From Paramecium tetraurelia (Eukaryota): a DNA stretch of 64,000 nucleotides. The notes beneath the pieces were generated by a model. The model was not told where the DNA came from, ran no database searches, and saw nothing but the letters and a program-made list of their open reading frames with translations. The stretch covers positions 62,001 to 126,000 of the forward strand of contig CT868045.1 in assembly GCA_000165425.1 (NCBI GenBank), in the 5' to 3' direction. Of the stretch, positions 55,433 through 64,000 are shown one piece after another. The position numbers were made by a program, and so were the translations under genes. Each line of letters begins with the position of its first letter. Position 1 is the stretch's first letter.

Positions 55433-56733
55433 TCAAGGCTCAACTTATTAAACATTTGAGGTTTATCTTTATTTTTTTAAAGTCTATCCATCATGCCAAT
55501 CAAGTATTATACATCCAATGCACAATGGGATGATACCTAAGATATATTAAAATACTTACTAACTAAATATATAGCTGTGGTTAAGGGTAATATTATGATT
55601 CCTACGATGCCAACTAATATATTGAGAACCACTTGTAGCCAACATTTTGCATTCATATATATTCTAGCTTCCTGCATGCATTAAAATAGCAAAATTTATC
55701 CAAAAAATAATCCAACGAAGAATAAACAAAGAAGTAGGTAAAAGTACCAAAATATTAATAGAAATTTGGTCCAAAATACTTTTTCATCATAGCAAGGCAT
55801 AAAATGAGGACAGTAGAAAGGATGTAAAAATGTTATTTCCTTGCAACATCCCCAACACCATTAGCATTTACAATAAGAACATGTGATTTAACTACATCCA
55901 TCAATTTTTTCGATTAAAAACTTACATCTTGGACATTGAACTAGTCTTTCATTATTTTAAGGTATTCCAATAAACTATTTCAAGTTCTCATTGCAATTTA
56001 TGTCAGGATGTGATTTCTGTCTACAAATTTTGCAAAATTCAGTTTGACAAAATGTACATTTTTCAAAATTGCTAGATGTTTGAAAAATAACTATTTTTAA
56101 GCATTGATTATTCGGACACCACATTCTATCAGTGCTTGTTGCTACTGAAATATTATTTTTAAATTTGAGATATTTTTATTTGACTTCTTGAGCATACTTC
56201 AAAATAATTTCATCACTTAATAATTCATTGCAATGAGGACACTTTAGATCTTGGACACGACCGCTCTAAATTTGTGTAATTAAATTCATTGTGAAACATT
56301 ATTCACAAATGTTATGCATCTTATTGTTAAAACGAGTTATATTTTCTTCTGCCTTCCCTTCAAAACAAATAGTACAAGTAATTTTAGTAGTATTTTTAAT
56401 TTGCAATTCGTCTGCCATTTTAATCAAAGTAGAATAATTTAAATGGTAAACCTGATGTGAACTATCTTATTATGTACAAATAGCACAGTCCTTACTCTCA
56501 TTATATTAGATAAAATCATGATCGCTTGGGACAATATTTTTGTAGAGTTCATTTGCTGATTCTATGGTTTGACAATCCTTATAAATTACTACAAAAATTG
56601 TTGCAATTAATGGAATTTAGTATTCAGTATGCAATTTTAATATTAATTCTTTTTAAGAATCATTAATCGTATATTTTATTTGTTCCGTTTCTGCAATTTC
56701 TCCTACATCAACATTTAAATTTATGTTATCCAT
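55433..56733 (-). CDS. RBR (RING-IBR-RING) E3 ubiquitin ligase with C-terminal TM segments
   Basis: CTICF..HNICEQC..KCPHC; WCPNNQC..CTFCQTEFCKICRQKSHPDINC; QCPRCKFLIEKIDGCSQITCSYCKCQWCWGCC. Confidence 0.9.
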
Positions 56734-56922
56734 TATAATATTCTGTTTTACGAAAAATTTATATTTTTCAATTAAATAATTAAAAATATGTAATAATTAT
56801 ACAACTTTGATTAAATTGCATCTTTAGAAGTTACAATTATTTATAAAACATCCTCTATTTACGTACTCTAAGAAGAATTAAACAATAATTTATATATTAT
56901 GATTATATGTTTGGAATATCTA

Positions 56923-59900
56923 TCATATTTAAAGACTTAGAATAGCTATTAAGGCAGGGAATAAGATTGTCTCAAATTTAGAGTCTGATTAGTTGTTGGT
57001 ACCATTTGAAGAATTTGAATTGTTAGTTTAATTGCTATTTAAATTGCAGATCTAACATTTGTTTGAATTCGAATTCCAAGTGTATTGATAAAGTGTTTTG
57101 GTTAAGCAATCCTCTGCGCTTAAGGTAGTTGGATTAATACTAACACATTTATTTTGACTATCTAATTTACAGACAGTGTATATTTTCTTATCCCAATCAT
57201 AATAGCCTGTGCAAGTGCCATCAGTTTAAATTTCACATGTTTTAGGTTCACACATGTAGGTGTCTTAATTAGAAACTCTTTCTAATTTCCAGTAGCATCT
57301 GTCAGATAAAGTACGGCAAGCTTTTTCATACATATTAGTCGAAGAACAACTGGTGATATCAACGCAGACATTTTTGTTTGCACCACCTGGTAGCCATGCG
57401 CAATAAGAAGTTGAGCTTCCTTTATCACAAGCAGCCTATGTTTTATAGACGGAGCATATTGAGATTTCTTAACAGGAAGAGCCATCTTGAATACAGTTAC
57501 TAGAATAACTTGAACATTGAGTAACAGGATAATCAGTGCATTTCATAGGATTACACGATTTATCAATGCCTGTACTACTGAACCAAGCACATTTTCCATC
57601 AGTTCCAGTGGCAGCAATGCAAGAATCGTAAGTTTTCAAAGTGTTACAAGTTGTTTTAAGGATGCATGACGAACCATTAGATGTACATGTAATCAATTGA
57701 GAATTGCATTGTTCATGAGTAGTGCCTATTAATTCAGAACACCCTTATATTCTACATTTGTCATTTGCCCATTTGCATAACCCAGTAGAAGTTACATTTC
57801 CAGATTGATTGGTTGCTTTACCTAATTTATCAACGAAACAAGAGGCTTAATTGGTGTATTTCTCGCAAGAATCTAAATCAATACAACCACTGATTCCATT
57901 AGTAGTGCATTTTCCTTGTGAATATTTGTAACAGTCATCATGATTTAGATAATAGACCGCAGCACACTCAGTGAATTCGACACATTACTATACAGAGGAT
58001 AATTTAATGGATGTTGGAGTCCAAATACATTAAACGGGGAGTAGAGATTTGACGCCAACATAACAAGCAATTTAAGGAGTTCTAGCACAAGTAGTGATGG
58101 ATATACAATTATTTCCATTAGTAGTACAAAGTGAATGGATATTGTTGCATTCTTAATGAGTTGTATAGATAAGGTCTGTGCATTTTGTGAAACTATAACA
58201 TTAATCGTTGCTCCATAAGCAAGGTCCATCTGTTCCTAGGATACAAGACAATTTATTTAATGTGTTTGAGCAAGTTTTCATAGAAGTGCATTTGATTCCA
58301 TCTGATGTACAGTCATTTTATTGGGCATAACATGTTTGATGATCAGTACCGAAAAGATCTGAGCAAGATTTGCTTTTGCAAGTACCATCTTACCAGGAGC
58401 ACAATTTACCATCAAATTAAGAAGTACATGCTAATTCAATTTATGCGTCCTTGCATCTACCTTTTTATACACAACCACCACCTTTTTGAGTCGTGCATTT
58501 TGCTCCTGGGAAATATTCTTCACATGCTGTTTCTGTTTTTAATGATATATCTGCAGTTTCACATTTTTTATCTAAACATTTGTCATTCACCCAAGCACAG
58601 CTTTCACCAGCACTATTAAATTTGCAAGCCTCTGCGATGTAAGCATCTTGACATCTCTTTTTCTCTATACATCCATTTCCATTTGTTGTGCACTTTTTGA
58701 GAAAGGTTGAGCATTCTGAATCTGTTTTTAAGGTGGTAGGAGCACTCTCACAAGAAATCTATTGACATTAATCAATTAAGGTACAAGGACCATCGGTTCC
58801 TTATAAACAAGCAGATGCGTATTTGTATTCAGAACATTTCTACTGGATGATGCATCCTCTTCCATTGGTTGTGCAATTAGTACCATATTCTTAACATTGT
58901 TTATGTGTTGAATATGATTTAGGTGCATGTTAACATTATCTATTATAACATGACCCATCAATCCAAACGCATACTTTTCCATCTGTTTAAACAGTACAAG
59001 CACTTTATGAAATATAAGTAGAACATGATGACAATATATCTACACAAGATGCAACATCATAATTAACAATCCGTTAACATAATGTACCTGATAATGTAGC
59101 TTTGCATTAACCAATAAAAGAATAATTTTAGCATTTATCCAATTTCTTTTGACAACCCTTTCCATTTGATTTGACTGTGCAACTAGAGAGATAATCTTCA
59201 CAAAAATTGTGTACTGTAATGGTTAACGGTGCATTAGTACATGAACGATCCTCACATTACTTTTTAACTGTATTCCAGGAACATTTATTATTGTCATCAA
59301 TTTTAACACATTATTTTTCAACCTCAATCTCAGCACAATGTAATTTTCTCAATTCACACCCTGTACCATCAGCTTAGACAGTGCATTAAGCTAAATAATT
59401 TCTACATTAATCATCAGAAGTATAACTATCAGGGGCATTTGAACATTATCTACCAACACATCCAGTATTCCACCCACATTTCTATCCACTGGACAACTGA
59501 CCACATTAATTCAAAGTCTAAACTTGATCACACGTAGTATATTCATTAATACAACCTTTATTTGTTAATCCGATAGTGCAACTTTTCAACCAATCTCTGC
59601 AACCTTTCTCCGTAGTAATTGTGACTGGTGCATCCGAACATACTCTATCCTAACAAACAGTAGTCTTAGCATTCCAACTGCATTTGTTCTCACTACTAGC
59701 TTTCCCAGTTGCATTGATTGTCACTTTAGGACAATGATCCTGTTCTAAACCAGCACAACCTGTAGGCTAAGTGATACAACCTCCCACTTTAGCAACTGTG
59801 CACCCTGCTATAAAACTCTAACACAAAGCATCAGTATTGAATTTACTCTTACTAGCATCAGTACATAAGGCAGCTCTGCAACTACCAGAACCTCCACTGG

Positions 59901-62820
59901 TATTCCAAAAGCAAGAAACTCCAGTGCTTTTAATCTGAAAACACTGTTCTCTCATCATCTAAGTACAATCACTTGGTTCATCAGTGCATCCTGTTTAATC
60001 AGCTTTGACTGTGCATGTGGGTAGCCAACTTCTGCAAAGAGTATCTGTCTAATAATTGCTAGGAGCATCAGCACAAACTCTGTCATGACATTAAAAATTC
60101 ACATCGTTGATTGTGATATCAAAAGAACAGAAGCCTCCACTTTACAATCTGACATAATTGCATCTGGCTTCAGATACTCCATTACATTAAGTAGGCTTGT
60201 CTATACAAACTTCATTAGTTCCTCCCTTAGTACAAGTGCTCATAAAGGCTTCGCATTCTAGATAATTAGTTTTGGTTTAGGCAAATGTACATACTCTATC
60301 CTTGCAACTCGGAGGAGTAGCAGATGCATCCCAAGAACATTGTTTTCCACCCACTACCAAGGTGTCTTCACATTATATTGAATCTGTCACAGCAGAACAA
60401 GAATTAAACTAATTGACACATCCAGTTCCTCCAACTCCTAAAGTGCATTGAACTCCCAAAGCCACACATAATGCATGAGTCATGTCTGATATAGTGTTAT
60501 CGGTGCATTAGAAACTTCGACATAGGAAGGGATCGACAGTCAAATCGAATGTGCATTTTGATTTATCTACTAATATTGTGTCATTGCATTATATCTGATT
60601 CTTGATCAAATCACAGGATGCAAATTGTGGTACACAACTTGTTTGATCATCATTCAAAGTGCAACCATCTAAATAACTATTGCAGGTTGCATGTCTATAA
60701 TTTCCATCGATTTGTAAGGGAGCATTCGAACAACTTCTGTCTTCACAACCATTCCACCCACAATACACAATACTATTTGGATTTGCTACTAACTTTATGC
60801 AAACATCCAGTGACTTGTAACCTTTGCATGTGGCTGGCTCTTGAGTACATCCTGTTTTATCACTGTTGATTGTACACATAGGCATGAAGGCTCTGCAATT
60901 CTCCTCACTCACATTAGTAGTATCAGCATCTGAACATACTCTTGATCTACAGACCTAAGTTTCATCATTCCAACTACACTTTGATTCACCAGCTAATACA
61001 ACTGAAAGACAATGATCCTTAGTAATCATATTCCCACAAATGGCTGGTTTTTGCATACAAAGACTTGGGTTTTCAGCAACAGTGCAACTCTTATCAAATT
61101 GTTAACATGATTCATCAGTTTAAGTGTCAGGAGGGATATCTGCACAATTCAACAATCGACAGAATTTATTATTTGGATCGTCATCATTCCAACTGCATTT
61201 TGTACCGTTTGTCAATGCCTTACATTACAATTCATTTAAATCTGTGCAATTTAAGGGTCGAACTTTACAACCCAAAAAGTCATCATCCACAGTGCAAGAC
61301 GATAAGTAGGCTCTGCATTCTTCATCTGATTTCAGTGTACTTGGAGCATTTTCACATGTTTTCATCTGGCATTAGGTTCCATAATAACATTGATTAGTTT
61401 TATAATCTTATACACAATACTCCTTGGTTGTGATATTTGAACATTCTTGTAAGATACACCCTTATTGATTTGCTTTGATCATGCAATCAGGAGAGAATCT
61501 TTTACATGCTTGATCAGTTGTCAGTTCCTTTGAAGCATTGCTGCAAATACGAGGAATGCAGACATTATCTTGGAATGCACAAAATGAGCCATCCGTAAGA
61601 GATACACATTACTCTTCTTTTTCATAATTGGAACAAAAGTCCTTTTTGGATTCACACCCAGTGAGATCCTTTTGGACAGTGCAAGTGGAAAGAAATTGGG
61701 AGCATTAATCATGATTGATATAGGTATCAGGAGCTTTGTCACAAATTTTAGCCAAACATTTATTTTAATTCCAAAAGCAAGGATCACCTGTTTCTGTTTG
61801 AGTGCATTGAATCTAAGTTGTGTATTATACGCAATCAGAGGCTTTGGTTTGACAGCCGAGACCAGCTGACTTGACAGTACAGGAGGTTAGCCATGATAAA
61901 CATTACTCATTAGTAGTGAATTGATCAGGAGCGTTGTCGCAATTTTTGTCTTCGCACTTTTAACTATTTTTGTTCCAGTAGCAAATGTCACCGTTTTTGT
62001 TGACAACACAATTGTTATTTGTCTTTAATAAAGTGCATAATTGTGGTATATCTTAACATCCGTTGAGGAGGTCATTTACAGTACAGGTAGGAAGGTATGC
62101 GTTGCATTACAAGTGAGTACTATTGGTGTTGGGAGCATTGGCACAGGTTTTTTCTTTGCATTTGCTCTAATCCCAGATGCATGATTTGGTTTAATCAAGA
62201 TTTGTTACGCAGGCTTATTGAATTTTTTGATTTTCACAATTATCTTGGCTGGTTTCACAACCTCCTCCTTCCTTGACTGTGCATGTTTTCAATTGTTGCC
62301 TGCATAACAAATCTGTGTTGAGAAAGAGAGGCAATAAATCGCAGGTTGTAGGGTATTGACAGGTGGAGGTTTGGGAGTTCCAGGTGCAATACATCCCGTT
62401 TTAATCTTTTAGACAGCTCATCTGGTTTGAATAATTTGTGCAGTCGTCTAAATCTATACATTTCTCTCCGTCTGTTATGCATCTCGTAGATATGTTTTAG
62501 CATATATCATTTGAGGTGAAGAAGAAGAGAGAACATCCAGGAAATGAGACACATTTGTCTAAGATATTGGCACAACCTTCAGTGCTTTTGCATAGATCAA
62601 TTGAAATGAGTTCGCAATATGTTTTGATAGATTAAACTACTGGGACGTCTGAACATTTGGTTCCATCCCAAGAGCAATTAAGAGAGTGACAATCTTTTTC
62701 ACTCTAAACTTGCAAGCAAGTACAAGATTTGTTTGAAGTAGATAGGGTGCTGACCTCAGTTGTAGTCTGCGAATGAACATAGTATTGTAGCAAGATGAGA
62801 ATCAAAGCGGCTTTGTTCAT
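56923..62820 (-). CDS. GPI-anchored Paramecium surface antigen-family protein (~1965 aa)
   Basis: MNKAALILILLQYYVHS signal; many periods like C.DRVCSDAP..ITTEKGCRDWLKSCT; Asn/Ser linker then hydrophobic tail TILFPALIAILSLQI-TGA; 5898 nt is a multiple of 3. Confidence 0.92.
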
Positions 62821-62981
62821 CTTTTATATTTAAAATATAACTATGTAATTCATTTAATGATGATTTATATATTCACTTTTTGTAGTCATTTTTCACTATG
62901 CCCAACCATGATCCCTCAGTTAACTATTCATATGATCTTATCACACACAATCTATTAAAATTAATAATCCACTTTTATAAT

Positions 62982-64000
62982 ATGTAATCTGGACAGCTCT
63001 TGAATTTGTAAAGGCTCGAAAGATAATACTTACAGACACTATCCTAAAATGGATGGGAATCTCCAGTTGTAGTTAATGCAGCCGTTGAATTTGCCAACAC
63101 TTTGTTAAGAGATGGAAGAATCCTATTAAAATCAGGTAACAACCCTTAAGCAGAAATGTTCTTCAATCGAGCAAAAGAAGTAGATAAAAATATAACCAAA
63201 TTTAGATTACAACTCCAATTTCAAACACCAGTGGGATATTTTATACACCCAATTTTGTTCGGGCAAGAGGTAATGCAGTATTATAGATTGTCTAATTGTA
63301 TGAGTAACAAAACCAATACCAAAAGGCGTGGATGAATATCAAAGAAGTATTGCCCTTTATGGAGAAGTTTGCTTATACAAAAAGGATAAATATTAGCGAG
63401 GATGATCAAAATGTTTTAAAAATATATGTCTAATTGCTGTTTCATGGCTGCGAGGTTTGTAGAATGATGCATAGAAAAGATGATATGTTGGATCAATGTA
63501 ATAAATATGTTGAAATTTTGCATCGTTTGGGTATCACCTTCGACTCTTTGCGTAATCTTACCAAAGATGAATTTCATTAAGAATTCAAAAAATGGTTTTT
63601 GTTGTTGGCTAAGGCTTTCTATTATATTGGCAAATCGCAATTCAAAGTTGGATTTGAGAAGGAAGCACTTCGAAATCTCTATAAATCCTGGTAAATTTTT
63701 GAGATAATCTATGGAATCGATGCACCTGCTACCATTAAGGCCAGGGATAAATACGAGAAATTGAGTTAGAAAATGGAATTTGAAATGCTGATGGAAAAGG
63801 AGAAGGTAGACTTTTAAGAATTCAAGGATGATATCCAAAAGGATGTCGGATAAGAACTGCTCAAAAAAGTGGCTACACTTAAACCAAACAAAACATTTAA
63901 TGTATACATATTTCACTTATAACAAGCATCACATCATTCAATAAGTTAAGTCATATTAACAAATCGTAGGTCAGTTATCGCAACACACAACCAAGTACCA
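62982..64000 (+). CDS. TPR-like protein (3' truncated; alternative in-frame start at 62898)
   Basis: PQAEMFFNRAKEVD; LAKAFYYIGKSQFKVGFEKEALRNLYKSWQIFEIIYGIDAP; one 28-nt intron at 63298-63325. Confidence 0.7.

Noticed and set aside
62857..62935. Box C-like ATGATGA as the start of a C/D snoRNA
   Set aside because: No CTGA D box or terminal stem on the same strand
63416..63916. 166-aa minus-strand ORF from the track (and similar Leu/Phe/Ile-rich ORFs at 10998, 32982, 33751, 37718, 45458, 48751)
   Set aside because: These are antisense shadows of genuine opposite-strand code-6 genes

Overview
AT-rich eukaryotic DNA from a ciliate macronuclear chromosome, very probably Paramecium. The genes read only with genetic code 6 (TAA/TAG = Gln, TGA = sole stop) and contain many ~20-31 nt GT-AG introns, so the supplied standard-code ORF track is mostly fragments or antisense shadows. 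Hand translation gives about 45 tightly packed genes. They include two giant Cys-periodic surface antigens, ATP synthase subunit f, CAMK, NEK and CDPK kinases, a MORN pseudokinase, RING/B-box and RBR E3 ligases, a RING-less NOT4, a PAS membrane protein, a bacterial-type citrate synthase, Mago, HMG-box, Myb, DDI1, a Rab, organellar MetRS, a DUSP and several decayed genes. The most notable oddities are a 94-aa H1-like basic protein, ATGA stop/start overlaps (MetRS overlaps both neighbours), a structured GC-rich intergenic element, a GT-TG intron, a frameshifted Rab tail and a nucleoredoxin pseudogene. No CRISPR, rRNA, tRNA or mobile element was recognised. Coordinates are hand-derived, and family calls come from motif recognition, not database searches.
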